From: Acidimicrobiia bacterium
GTDB lineage: Bacteria > Actinomycetota > Acidimicrobiia > Spongiisociales > UBA5794
Direction: 5' to 3'
Length of the DNA stretch: 64,000 nucleotides
Assembly: GCA_036985855.1 (NCBI GenBank)
Contig: BTQL01000006.1
Coordinates: 2,566-66,565, forward strand
This document shows positions 35,250-46,358 of the stretch, in pieces. Position 1 is the first letter of the stretch, and each line of letters begins with the position of its first letter. The notes beneath the pieces were generated by a model, which worked only from the letters and a program-made list of their open reading frames with translations, was not told where the DNA came from and did not search any database. A program made the position numbers and the translations under genes.

Positions 35250-36430
35250 CACGCGACCTCGAAGAGACCTGCTGCTCCCATGCCCCCGCCAACACACATC
35301 GTCGAAACGACGTACTTGGCACCGCGACGCTTCCCTTCGATGAGGGCGTGCATCACCATGCGAGCTCCTGTCATGCCGTATGGATGACCGATCGATATCG
35401 CACCGCCGTTGACATTGAGAATCTCATCAGGTATGCCGAGCTCGTCCCTGCAGTACAGCACCTGGACCGCGAACGCCTCATTTAGCTCCCACAAATCGAT
35501 GTCGTCCATCCTGAGCCCGGTTGCATCAAGAAGCTTCGGGACCGCATAGACGGGCCCGATTCCCATGATGTCAGGATCGACGCCGGCCACAGCCATTCCC
35601 CTGTAGTAACCCAATGGCTCGAGTCCGCGCTCGTGGGCGAGGTCGGCATCCATCACAACAGTTGCGGCAGCACCGTCAGACAGCTGACTTGCGTTCCCTG
35701 CGGTGATCGCCCCGCCCTGGTTCACGGGGCGCAGTCCCGCGAGACCCTCGAGTGTCGTCGATGGGCGGTTCCCCTCGTCTTTCGTGAGAGTCACCTCCTC
35801 GAGGCTCGTCTCGCCCGTCTCGCGATCCGTCACCTGTTTCGTCGCGGTGACGGGAACGATCTCATCATCGAGAGCGCCTGCCTCCTGGGCTGCAGCGGTG
35901 CGCATCTGGGACTGGTAACCGTAGGCGTCCTGTGCCTCACGTGATATCTCGAACCGCTCGGCCACGACGTCGGCCGTTCCGAGCATCGGCATGTACGCCG
36001 CCGGGTGAAGAGCGATGAGGGCGGGGTCGACCAATCTGAAGGTGTTCGTGTGTTCGTTCTGTGCGAGAGAAATAGACTCGACGCCGCCGGCCACGACGAC
36101 CTTCATGCCATCGACCATGACCTGCTTGGCGGCGGTAGCGATCGCCATCATGCCGGATGAACACTGCCGATCGATGGTCATACCGCTCACGGAGGTTGGA
36201 AGCCCTGCTGTGAGTGCAGCCAACCTGCCGATGTTGAGGAACTGGGTACCCTGGGCCATCGCACAGCCCATGATCACATCATCCACTTCGGCGGGGTCGA
36301 TGCCTGCCCGCTCAACAGCTGCTGCTATCGGCACTGCACCGAGACTTGGAGCTTCAAGGTTGTTGAACGCGCCTCTGTATGCCTTCCCGATGGGTGTTCG
36401 GGCCGCCGAGACGATTACTGCTTCTTTCAT
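35249..36430 (-). CDS. Acetyl-CoA C-acyltransferase (thiolase)
   Basis: 393 aa. Active-site Cys region (IDRQCSSGM) and C-terminal [18 protein letters not shown] and CVGGGMG. Confidence 0.92.
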   Translation of the reverse strand: MKEAVIVSAARTPIGKAYRGAFNNLEAPSLGAVPIAAAVERAGIDPAEVDDVIMGCAMAQGTQFLNIGRLAALTAGLPTSVSGMTIDRQCSSGMMAIATAAKQVMVDGMKVVVAGGVESISLAQNEHTNTFRLVDPALIALHPAAYMPMLGTADVVAERFEISREAQDAYGYQSQMRTAAAQEAGALDDEIVPVTATKQVTDRETGETSLEEVTLTKDEGNRPSTTLEGLAGLRPVNQGGAITAGNASQLSDGAAATVVMDADLAHERGLEPLGYYRGMAVAGVDPDIMGIGPVYAVPKLLDATGLRMDDIDLWELNEAFAVQVLYCRDELGIPDEILNVNGGAISIGHPYGMTGARMVMHALIEGKRRGAKYVVSTMCVGGGMGAAGLFEVA

Positions 36431-36438
36431 TGTTTACC

Positions 36439-37353
36439 TCAGTCCTCGTCCTGCAGGCCAGCCATGGCCTTTTGCAAGAACTTCATCGTCTGCTCACCGC
36501 CGGTTGTGAATTCCTGGTGACCCTCCGGGTCCCGGATCTCGTCGAACCGCGCGGCAATGTTCTCTGGGGTCCGCTCCTCCGGCGATAGCCAGATACCGTC
36601 GGTTTCAAAGATTCGCGCAGACGCAAAACCTCCTGCGCCGGCAGCGAGAACAACACCGTTGGGAGCGTCCTTTGATACTAGGAACATCACACCGGGGGTC
36701 ACTTCTTCCGGTTTCAACAATTCCTTCGCCTCGTCGGGGAGCAACTCGTCCGTCATGCGGGTGTGAGCGACTGGAGAGAGAGCGTTGACCCGGATGTCGT
36801 AGTTCGCACCTTCGGCTCGGAGTGTGTTCATGAATCCGACGACTCCGAGCTTCGCAGCGCCGTAGTTCGCCTGTCCGAAATTGCCGTAGAGCCCCGAGGA
36901 CGATGTTGTCACGACGATGCGCCCGTAGTTCTGCTCACGCATGATGTTCCAGACGGCCTTGGTGCAGATCGCGGTCCCCCTGAGGTGCACGTTCACCACG
37001 AGGGCGAAATCGGCCAGCTCCATCTTGGCAAAGGACTTGTCTCGAAGGATGCCGGCGTTGTTGATCAGGATGTCAACCCTCCCCCACCGATCGACAGCGG
37101 CATCGACCATCGACTTCACGGCTGATTCGTCGGTGACGTCCGCACCGTTCGCCATCGCTTCCCCACCGGTGGCCTCGATCTCCGCGACGACAGCTTTGGC
37201 GGCATCCGATGACGCACCTGTGCCGTCGCGGCTTCCACCGAGGTCGTTCACGACGACTCGTGCGCCCCGTTCGGCGAGCGCTAGAGCGTGTGCCCTCCCA
37301 AGACCATGGCCCGCACCCGTGACGATGGCTACCTGTTCGTCGAATGTGATCAT
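36439..37353 (-). CDS. SDR, MFE-2/HSD17B4-type 3-hydroxyacyl-CoA dehydrogenase-like
   Basis: VTGAGHGLGRAHALALAERGARVVVNDLGG resembles the multifunctional-enzyme-2 dehydrogenase domain. YGAAK catalytic motif. Confidence 0.8.
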   Translation of the reverse strand: MITFDEQVAIVTGAGHGLGRAHALALAERGARVVVNDLGGSRDGTGASSDAAKAVVAEIEATGGEAMANGADVTDESAVKSMVDAAVDRWGRVDILINNAGILRDKSFAKMELADFALVVNVHLRGTAICTKAVWNIMREQNYGRIVVTTSSSGLYGNFGQANYGAAKLGVVGFMNTLRAEGANYDIRVNALSPVAHTRMTDELLPDEAKELLKPEEVTPGVMFLVSKDAPNGVVLAAGAGGFASARIFETDGIWLSPEERTPENIAARFDEIRDPEGHQEFTTGGEQTMKFLQKAMAGLQDED

Positions 37354-37423
37354 GCTTCCTCACTCGTAGGGGTCCTGTCCAACATGCTACTTCCGGAACT
37401 GTGCCCACCATCGGGCCCAGTAG

Positions 37424-37478
37424 CCCGTTCTCTGGGCTGTCGACCGGACTCAGTGCGGTCTAGAACCCTGGGTTTGCT
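37424..37478 (-). repeat. REP-like dispersed repeat, copy B (inverted)
   Basis: Reverse complement reads AGCAAACCCAGGGTTCTAGACCGCACTGAGTCCGGTCGACAGCCCAGAGAACGGG. Lies just downstream of the stop of the 37485 gene. Confidence 0.8.
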
Positions 37479-37484
37479 GCTGGT

Positions 37485-38249
37485 CTAGAAGTTGAGGTAG
37501 CCGCCGTCGATCGTGATGGTGTCCCCCGTGTGCCACGTCGAGGCATCAGACGCAAGGTACACGGCGATACCGGCGAAATCCTTTGGATCACCCCATCGTC
37601 CAACCGGGATCCTCGGCTTGATGTTCGCCTCGAAACGATCGCCTTCGATGAACTGATCCGTCATGCCGGTGATAACCCAGCCGGGGGCGATCGCGTTCGC
37701 CCTGATCCCGTACCGACCGTACTCGACGGCGAGCCCCTGGATCATCGCCCGCACGCCGGCCTTGGTAGCCGCATAGTGCTCTCCCCGCGGAAACCCCATG
37801 TCTGCCGAAACCGACGACGTGACTACAAGCGAGCCCGCCCCTCGCGGCTTCATGTGGTTCACGGCCTCTCTGAACGTCCAGAAGACACCTTCCATGTTGA
37901 CGGCGAAAATGTGACGCCATTCCTCGGTCGTCATCTCCCCGAATGGCGTTGCCAACGCTCCGGTTCCGGCGTTTGCGAACACCGAGTCCACATGACCGAG
38001 AACCTCAACGGTTCCCGTGAACGCGTCGACAACGGCCTCCTCCGAGGAGACGTCTACATCGAATCCGAACGCATCGCCACGATGGGCCCCAATGGTCTCG
38101 ACAGCCTTTGCGTTTCGCTCGGAATCCCGACCCCAGATCGCCACGGACGCACCTGCGGCAGCGAGTGCCTCTGCCATCGCAAGCCCGATACCGTTGTTGC
38201 CTCCGGTCACCAGTGCAGCCTTACCTGTCAGGTCGAAGAGATCCGCCAT
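37485..38249 (-). CDS. Short-chain dehydrogenase/reductase (FabG-like)
   Basis: Trimmed to MADLFDLTGKAALVTGGNNGIG. YAATKAG catalytic motif. Confidence 0.85.
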   Translation of the reverse strand: MADLFDLTGKAALVTGGNNGIGLAMAEALAAAGASVAIWGRDSERNAKAVETIGAHRGDAFGFDVDVSSEEAVVDAFTGTVEVLGHVDSVFANAGTGALATPFGEMTTEEWRHIFAVNMEGVFWTFREAVNHMKPRGAGSLVVTSSVSADMGFPRGEHYAATKAGVRAMIQGLAVEYGRYGIRANAIAPGWVITGMTDQFIEGDRFEANIKPRIPVGRWGDPKDFAGIAVYLASDASTWHTGDTITIDGGYLNF

Positions 38250-38342
38250 GCTCTGCTCCTTCGTCGATGCCGGATGCTGAACATTAGGAGTAGCCGCGCC
38301 CGCCTGCGCGAGGTTTTCTCCATTGCTCGCTACCTTTCCTCC

Positions 38343-39299
38343 ATGGGCCGCATCGATACGCACAGGAGGATCCTGTTCCTCGTCATCGTTCTCGCTCTCG
38401 TGGCATCTGCATGTGTCTCGCGACCGACTCCGGACGCCTTCGACCCCTCAACAACAACCACGACCGTGCTCGGTACTGAAGAGATCGTAACGACAACGCC
38501 GCCAACGCTTCCTCCGCCGGAAGAGCGGGTCATGGCGTCGGTCGTGTCGATAACGGACGGCGATACCATCACCGTCCTTCTCGACGGAACCGAACAGGAA
38601 CTCAGGATGCTCGGCATCAACGCACCAGAGCAATCAGAGTGCTGGGGAGCCGAGTCCAGGGCTGAACTCTCCAGGATGATCGATGGAGAGAATGTTCTGC
38701 TCGTCTCCGGAGGCGAAGACACCGACGAGTTCGGAAGGATTCTCCGTTACGTCTACCTTGAGACTGCTGACGGTCCGGTCTTCGTGAATTCCACGATGGT
38801 TGAGTCGGGCAACGCGATCGGGATGTCGAATGGGCACGAGTACGAAAGGAGCTTCAAGTCGCTCGAAGCATCTGCGTTTCAGTCCGGCCTCGGCATGTGG
38901 GGCACACTCGTTTGTGGCAGCGAAGAGGCCTTGGGGGCGGACCGCCCGGTTGTTCGCGTGTCTGACATCCAGTTCGACCCGGACGGACCCGACAACGAAA
39001 ACCTCGACGAGGAATACGTGACGATCGTAAACGAAGGATACGGACGAGTATCCATCTCGGGCTGGGTGCTCAGAGACGAGAGTTCCCGCAACCGTATGAC
39101 GTTCCCTGCCAACACGGTGCTTGCACCAGGTGACTCCGTCACCGTCGTGACGGGATGCGACGGTGGCCCTGCCAACGCGATTCTTTGGTGCAATGACGGC
39201 GCCGTTTGGTCGAATCAGGGCGACACAGTGATCGTGACCGATACTCTCGGCAACACCGTGATCTGGTATGCCTACATGGGCAAAGGCTCCGGCTCGTAG
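38343..39299 (+). CDS. Secreted/lipoprotein thermonuclease (SNase-like) fused to a lamin-tail domain
   Basis: Signal peptide plus Cys (LVIVLALVASAC). SNase core (VSITDGDTITV...RMLGINAPE...GRILRYVY). C-terminal LTD pattern (IQFDPDGPDNENLDEEYVTIVN...ISGWVLRD). The long upstream part of ORF 37530.. is antisense to the SDR gene. Confidence 0.75.
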   Translation: MGRIDTHRRILFLVIVLALVASACVSRPTPDAFDPSTTTTTVLGTEEIVTTTPPTLPPPEERVMASVVSITDGDTITVLLDGTEQELRMLGINAPEQSECWGAESRAELSRMIDGENVLLVSGGEDTDEFGRILRYVYLETADGPVFVNSTMVESGNAIGMSNGHEYERSFKSLEASAFQSGLGMWGTLVCGSEEALGADRPVVRVSDIQFDPDGPDNENLDEEYVTIVNEGYGRVSISGWVLRDESSRNRMTFPANTVLAPGDSVTVVTGCDGGPANAILWCNDGAVWSNQGDTVIVTDTLGNTVIWYAYMGKGSGS

Positions 39300-39320
39300 T
39301 TCACAGAAAACTGACGACTG

Positions 39321-40874
<1,554 letters not shown>

Positions 40875-40990
40875 AGGTCCTCCAATGAAACGGGTTCTGT
40901 GGGAGAAGGGTACGCATCCGGTTGTTCACAAGCCACACCGCCGACAGAGGAATCACTGAAGGTACTTATCCACAGAGCCGATGAGACCAC

Positions 40991-41359
40991 GTGGACCAAC
41001 GAGTACTCGTTATCGAAGATTCGCCATCGGTCAGGAGACTGATCGAGGTGTGCTTGCGCGTGCTCGACGTTGACGTGTCGAGTGCGGTCGACGGAGTAAC
41101 AGGACTTGAACAGATCAACGCATGCGATCCCGACGTCGTGGTGCTCGACATCGGCCTTCCGGGACTCGATGGCTGGGAAGTGCTCAGCCGGCTTCGAGAG
41201 AATCCTGATTCAGCAGGGATGAAGGTCCTGGTGCTGACTGCCCACGCACAGCCTGAGATGGCGGATCGAGCGGCCCAAGGCGGCGCGGACGCCTTCATGA
41301 CGAAGCCGTTCAGGCCGATAGACCTACGGGTACAGGTCGAGAAGCTGCTTGCGAGCTGA
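40991..41359 (+). CDS. Single-domain response regulator (CheY-like receiver)
   Basis: 122 aa. VLVIEDS, phospho-acceptor VVVLDIGLPGLDG, and MTKPF. GTG start. No output domain and no adjacent kinase. Confidence 0.85.
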   Translation: MDQRVLVIEDSPSVRRLIEVCLRVLDVDVSSAVDGVTGLEQINACDPDVVVLDIGLPGLDGWEVLSRLRENPDSAGMKVLVLTAHAQPEMADRAAQGGADAFMTKPFRPIDLRVQVEKLLAS

Positions 41360-41442
41360 ACCACCAGGTATCAGGTCTCAGGGAAGAATCGTTGGCTACA
41401 GCGACCGATTGCCGACGACCTGACCGTCTCTACCCTTGCATC

Positions 41443-42378
41443 ATGCCGTCTGCAGTTCTCATATCCAATCCGTCGGCTTCCCAGTTCACCGGCGGGCTGT
41501 TTCGAGAGGTCGTGTCGACGCTCTCGACATCGTTCGATCTCACGACGAAGTGGCCGACAAGTCCGGTCGAAACCGCCAGAAAAGCGGCAGACGCCGCACA
41601 AGAGGGTTTCGATGTCGTATTCGCCATGGGCGGGGACGGAGTCGCCCATCACGTTGCGAATTCGCTGGTAGGGACAGACACAGCTCTCGGCCTCATCCCG
41701 GCAGGGACAACGAACGTGCTGACACGGATCCTCGGCGTTCCGCTCAAACCACTCGTCGCCGCACGATCCGCGGCGAGTTTCACTCCGATACCGACGCGGA
41801 TGGTGCGTGTGATCGCAGAAACCGCTTCAGGCCCGAAAACACGGTACGCGACCTTCTCTCTCGGTATCGGTTTCGACGCAGATGTCGTTTCGATCGCAGA
41901 GTCGAGGCCATACGCGAAGCTCCGTTTTGGCGGCATCCACTATGCGTCGACCGCAATCGGTCGGTTGCTCTCGACGTGGAGAACCCAAAAACCTCATCTC
42001 CGGTTGACCTGTGACGGTGACCGGTTTGACGGTGTTGTAGCGCTCACGCAGGTCCACCGGCCGTATACCTACTTCGGCAGGGTTCCGCTGCATCTGACGG
42101 ACGAGGTGATCGACGGAGTAGCCACCCTCGCTGCGAGCAGCCTTGGGCTTGTCCGGTCATCAGAGATCTTCACGCGGGCTGCCCTCGGCCGGAAACACAG
42201 GGAGGCAACAGGGATTCGACTGTGGACCGAATATGCATCACTCGTCGTCGAGGCCGAACCGGCTACACCTTTTCACGCAGACGGCGAACTCCTCGGAACT
42301 GCCGAATATCTCGAGATCACGCCAGCGGAGAACGCGATTCTCGTTCTGAGACCCACTGATCAGCCTTCATCGCTCTGA
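41443..42378 (+). CDS. Diacylglycerol/lipid kinase family protein (YegS/BmrU-like)
   Basis: DAGK catalytic-domain pattern VFAMGGDGVAHHVANSL and IPAGTTNV. Start trimmed to ATG 41443. Confidence 0.8.
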   Translation: MPSAVLISNPSASQFTGGLFREVVSTLSTSFDLTTKWPTSPVETARKAADAAQEGFDVVFAMGGDGVAHHVANSLVGTDTALGLIPAGTTNVLTRILGVPLKPLVAARSAASFTPIPTRMVRVIAETASGPKTRYATFSLGIGFDADVVSIAESRPYAKLRFGGIHYASTAIGRLLSTWRTQKPHLRLTCDGDRFDGVVALTQVHRPYTYFGRVPLHLTDEVIDGVATLAASSLGLVRSSEIFTRAALGRKHREATGIRLWTEYASLVVEAEPATPFHADGELLGTAEYLEITPAENAILVLRPTDQPSSL

Positions 42379-43232
42379 ATCACGACGTTCATGTAGTTGT
42401 AGGGGATCTCAATCCCCTCAGCGTCAAGCCGGTTCTTGATCCGTCGGAGGAACTCCCGCTTGATGGCCCAACGCTGCTCGGTGATGACGGTCGCCAGCAC
42501 CCTGATCACAACGGCCGAGTCGTCGAGCTCGTTCACGCCGAGCATCTTGGGTTGCTCGAGGAAGTCTGGCGCCCAATCAGGATCGTTCGCGAGCTGAGAC
42601 ATCTCGTCTGCGATCACCTCAATCGCTCGGTCGACGTCGGTGTCGTAGGAGACACCGATGTCGGCCACCACCCGCGCATAGTCCGGTGTCAGATTCGAAG
42701 CAACGGCTATCTGGCCATTGGGTACATGGTGCGCGTTGCCGTTGAGGTCGCGGAGAACGGTCGTCCTCAGCTTGATGGCCTCGACGGTACCTGAAACCCC
42801 GGCAATGGTAACGACGTCGCCAATGCCGAACTGGTCCTCAACGAGAATGAAGAAACCAGCGATGACATCCTTGACGAGATCCTGGGCACCGAAACCGACT
42901 GCGATCCCGATCGTGGCGGCGACGGCGATGAAGGGAGACATCGGGATTCCCCAGATACCCATGACGGTGAGAATCACGATCGCCCATACGACCAACTTCA
43001 GTAGCATCTGCATCACGCTCGTCAGTGTTACGAGACGTTGACCGCGCTCGCGATCAAAATGATCCTCAGAATCCGCGTACTGCTTTTCCACTTTGCTCGA
43101 CCAACGTTGGATCGAACGATTGACAGCCCACAGAATCACGACCGCACCGATGAGGACGGCGATCGTCCCGAATGCCTGTCCCCCAACCGTCTCTCTCAAC
43201 GTTTCGGCCCACTCCACAATGGTGTCCAACAA
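42360..43232 (-). CDS. Small-conductance mechanosensitive channel (MscS family)
   Basis: Three TM helices followed by the MscS beta-domain pattern (FGIGDVVTIAGVSGTVEAIKLRTTVLRDLNGN). Confidence 0.88.
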   Translation of the reverse strand: MLDTIVEWAETLRETVGGQAFGTIAVLIGAVVILWAVNRSIQRWSSKVEKQYADSEDHFDRERGQRLVTLTSVMQMLLKLVVWAIVILTVMGIWGIPMSPFIAVAATIGIAVGFGAQDLVKDVIAGFFILVEDQFGIGDVVTIAGVSGTVEAIKLRTTVLRDLNGNAHHVPNGQIAVASNLTPDYARVVADIGVSYDTDVDRAIEVIADEMSQLANDPDWAPDFLEQPKMLGVNELDDSAVVIRVLATVITEQRWAIKREFLRRIKNRLDAEGIEIPYNYMNVVIQSDEG

Positions 43233-43235
43233 GTG

Positions 43236-44129
43236 TCAGCCCTCCTCGACCTGATATAGAAAAGCCATGGCTTCGACGCCCAACCATACGAACGTCGCGG
43301 ATGCAAGTCCCATCAGGTCAGCATCATGGCCGCCAGAGGCATCGATTGCGCCGATCTCCTTCCAGCCATCGTTCGCTGCAACCCTGAGATCGGTCACAAG
43401 TTTTGTGATGGCCGTTCGCTTGAGTGTGAGGCGTCCGGTGAGGGATGCCACGAGCTGTGTGACTTCGGTCTCGTCTCCCGTTGCGACCGTCGAGACGACA
43501 CGGGGGCTATCGAATCCATCCTCTTCAAGCATCCGTGTCAGGTCCTTCGCGACGAGCTCCGCGGCTTCCCCAAGACGATCGACCTGGTTGAGGACAAAGA
43601 TGAACTGGCCCTCGTAGGGCACCAATCCAGCGAGAAACTCGGAATGAATGACATGGTCCGCATACTTCTCAGGATCGAACACCCACACGACCGCGTCCAC
43701 GCGCGCAAGAACATCCTCAACGATGTGTCGATGCGCGGAGACAGTGCTGTCGAGGTCGGGTAGATCAACCAGGATGGAGGACTTGAGTCTTGCTGCTCCG
43801 ACTCGTTCTGTTGCCCCGAGGTCTGTGAGCAACCTGCCGTAGTCGATGTTGGAATTCTCTGGCATCACGGCTAGTGCGTCGTCTGTCGTGGGACGCACCA
43901 CACCCACCTTCGCCACTTGCTCGTCCAGAACCGCGTTCACGAGAGACGACTTGCCCGATCCGGTCCCTCCGGCGAACGCTACGACAAGGACCTCGCCGAT
44001 GTAACCAAGCTTCTGTCTCGCCCGACGTATCACGGTTGCGAGATCGATACGTGACTCTTCGGGCAGCACCCCCTCGCATCGGACGATCGCGAGATCCGCA
44101 AGATCAAGCAAGGACTCGAGGCCGCTCAT
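43236..44129 (-). CDS. P-loop GTPase (dynamin-like / HSR1-related), partner 2
   Basis: G1 motif AGGTGSGKSS, RPTT switch, DLPD, and an NQVD G4-like motif. ATG overlaps the stop of partner 1 (ATGA). Confidence 0.7.
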   Translation of the reverse strand: MSGLESLLDLADLAIVRCEGVLPEESRIDLATVIRRARQKLGYIGEVLVVAFAGGTGSGKSSLVNAVLDEQVAKVGVVRPTTDDALAVMPENSNIDYGRLLTDLGATERVGAARLKSSILVDLPDLDSTVSAHRHIVEDVLARVDAVVWVFDPEKYADHVIHSEFLAGLVPYEGQFIFVLNQVDRLGEAAELVAKDLTRMLEEDGFDSPRVVSTVATGDETEVTQLVASLTGRLTLKRTAITKLVTDLRVAANDGWKEIGAIDASGGHDADLMGLASATFVWLGVEAMAFLYQVEEG

Positions 44130-45442
44130 GGTTCGCTCAGTGCGTTCGATGCCGCAAGGAGTTCACCAGGCTTGAACGATGCTGCATCCTCGATCATCGA
44201 ACGCCACTCGGCTTTGCGCAGCATGGCTGCCGAGTTCACCAGAGCCATGAGCTGCTCATGGACGTCGTTCGTGACCGATTCGAGCCTCGACTTCATAGCT
44301 CGCTCGACCCGCCTGGAAGCGTGCACAGATGGATTCACACCGACCTTCCACGAAGTTTGGTCGAGGAGTTGCTCGGTAGATGATCGCCGCCAACGGATGG
44401 TTGCCTCCAACCTGAAACGATCAGCGACATCGTCACGCCACGCATCAAGGGAGCGCTCTATCTCGGATGCATCCCACCGTCCCATGAAACCGCGAATCCT
44501 TCGAGCTATCTCGCCTTCACCCGACCCGGTCATCGCGGCGTCGAGATTCTCCACCGATCGGCGCACGTCGGCCACGATTTCCTGGTGTGTCGCCAACCAG
44601 CTCTCGCGGACCGCTAGACCGCCATCGCCGACAGGCGATTGTTCCAGTCCATCGAGCGTCGCATCCAGTCTTGCAAGCCCAGCCGCTTCCACCGTGACAG
44701 CGCTTGCTATGTAGCGGCCGGCATTCGCCGCAGATGAACGCGCGATCGCTGCCTTGTCCTCGAATCGTTCATGACGGGCCATGCGTTCGAGGACCGTGCG
44801 CACGAAGGCATCGCTGCTGCCATCCTCGGCGATCGAGGCGAAGATCGGCTTCCCGAAGCGGGTCTCGACCGATTCGATCATCTCGGTTCGCTCGCGGTCG
44901 GATCCGCGGAGACGGTTCACAACGATCACGCTCGCCGGCAATGCATTCATCGCCTTCCACAAGCGCTTGGTCGTGGCGTCGCCATATCGAGTTGGAGAAA
45001 CGACGAGGACTCCGAGGTCCGCAGCCCCAAGTGCTGCCTCAACGGCGACTCGGTCGAATTCCCACGGGGGTGTGTCAACAAACACCAGTCCTTTCGGAGC
45101 GCCCGGAGCGACCACATACTCGCTCTCGTGATCGATCGGCGCCGGGCCGACACAACCAGCCATGACTATCGCGGTCGTTGTCGGCCGAAGAACCCCCGTA
45201 GTCGACACCTCGGTCCCGGAGAGTTGGTTGACAAGGTACGACTTGCCAACTCCCGTGCATCCGACAACGACAACCGACTGGGGAGCCGATACGAGGTTCT
45301 CCAGCACATCGGCTGACGTGGTCGCATCGGTGAGTATCCGCTTGTCCTCGGAACTGAGCAGCACCCGCGGCACTCGCTCGAGCGCCTCCCTGAAGTTCGC
45401 TGCTACATCAACCACAGGACCATTCCAGCAGACCAGCGGCAC
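44126..45442 (-). CDS. P-loop GTPase (dynamin-like / HSR1-related) with long helical C-terminal region, partner 1
   Basis: G1 motif GCTGVGKSY, RPTT, and VDTPP. About 250 aa of Ala/Arg/Glu-rich helical tail. Start uncertain (GTG 45442 or 45415), because the ORF extension overlaps mca. Confidence 0.65.
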   Translation of the reverse strand: MPLVCWNGPVVDVAANFREALERVPRVLLSSEDKRILTDATTSADVLENLVSAPQSVVVVGCTGVGKSYLVNQLSGTEVSTTGVLRPTTTAIVMAGCVGPAPIDHESEYVVAPGAPKGLVFVDTPPWEFDRVAVEAALGAADLGVLVVSPTRYGDATTKRLWKAMNALPASVIVVNRLRGSDRERTEMIESVETRFGKPIFASIAEDGSSDAFVRTVLERMARHERFEDKAAIARSSAANAGRYIASAVTVEAAGLARLDATLDGLEQSPVGDGGLAVRESWLATHQEIVADVRRSVENLDAAMTGSGEGEIARRIRGFMGRWDASEIERSLDAWRDDVADRFRLEATIRWRRSSTEQLLDQTSWKVGVNPSVHASRRVERAMKSRLESVTNDVHEQLMALVNSAAMLRKAEWRSMIEDAASFKPGELLAASNALSEP

Positions 45443-45458
45443 AGAGCGATAGTCGAGA

Positions 45459-46307
45459 TCACGCGATCCCGTGGAACAGGTCGGCCTCCCCCTGAAACCA
45501 TCCGACAGCCGAGTAGAGAAGTTCGAAGTCCTCCCACGGATACACCGATTCGACGAGCTCCGTCGGCACGGCGAACCAGAACCCATCGGGATCCACCTGG
45601 GTCCGGTGAGCCCTGAGTGCCTCCCGACCCTGGTCAACGAAACCGGTCACGTCGATTCTGGTCAGTTGACGCCCCGGATACTCGAAAGCGCCCATTCGGT
45701 CGATCCACATCTCGAAGGGAGACTCGCCAACGGTTTCGAGCATCGCCCTATGGAGTACCGAGATCCGCTCACCGGTGAACACCGGTGCGTACAGCTTTGT
45801 GATCTGCCACGGAGCGCCGTCGTGGGGGAACCTCGAGCCGTCTGCAGCGGCGTCGACCAGTGCCATCGAGAGTGCGTGTATCCGCAGATGGTCGGGGTGC
45901 GGATAGAACTCATGGGCGTCGTAACCAAGTACCACGTCGGGTTGCTCACTTCTTACGATCCCAACCAGTTTCCCGAGGACGTCATCGAAGGGCTGGCGGC
46001 AGAATGCATCAGGGTGCGCATTCGCCTCAGAGTCGGGCATCCCGGAATCCCGATATCCCAACATCGTCACTTCGTCATACCCGATGATGTCCGCCGCGAC
46101 CGCGAGCTCGTCTGCTCGAACCTGCGTGAGATTTGCCACGACGCCGGGATGATCCATCGTCGGATTCAGAATGTCACCAGCTTCGCCACCGGTCGCCGTA
46201 ACGAGCACAGCCCGAGTTCCCTCAGCGACGTACCTCGCAACGGTGGCTGCACCCTTTGAGGACTCATCATCCGGATGGGCGTGGATGGAGAGAAGTGTCT
46301 TGGACAT
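45459..46307 (-). CDS. mca: Mycothiol S-conjugate amidase (PIG-L/LmbE family)
   Basis: IHAHPDDESSKGAATVARY, YPHPDH, LRAHRTQVDP and EDFEL closely follow the mycobacterial Mca pattern. MshB cannot be fully excluded. Confidence 0.78.
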   Translation of the reverse strand: MSKTLLSIHAHPDDESSKGAATVARYVAEGTRAVLVTATGGEAGDILNPTMDHPGVVANLTQVRADELAVAADIIGYDEVTMLGYRDSGMPDSEANAHPDAFCRQPFDDVLGKLVGIVRSEQPDVVLGYDAHEFYPHPDHLRIHALSMALVDAAADGSRFPHDGAPWQITKLYAPVFTGERISVLHRAMLETVGESPFEMWIDRMGAFEYPGRQLTRIDVTGFVDQGREALRAHRTQVDPDGFWFAVPTELVESVYPWEDFELLYSAVGWFQGEADLFHGIA

Positions 46308-46358
46308 GGAGGCGAGGGTAGGTGAGGAAGTGAGAGCAAAGAACCGCCCGCGATCTGG

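Noticed and set aside
43236-45442. The GTPase pair as an Eleos/Leo-type dynamin-like anti-phage defence system
   Set aside because: The proteins are far shorter than LeoA/LeoBC. The context is housekeeping (mca, MscS, pruA), with no mobile-element or defence-island hallmarks. It is kept only as a remote possibility under the GTPase finding.
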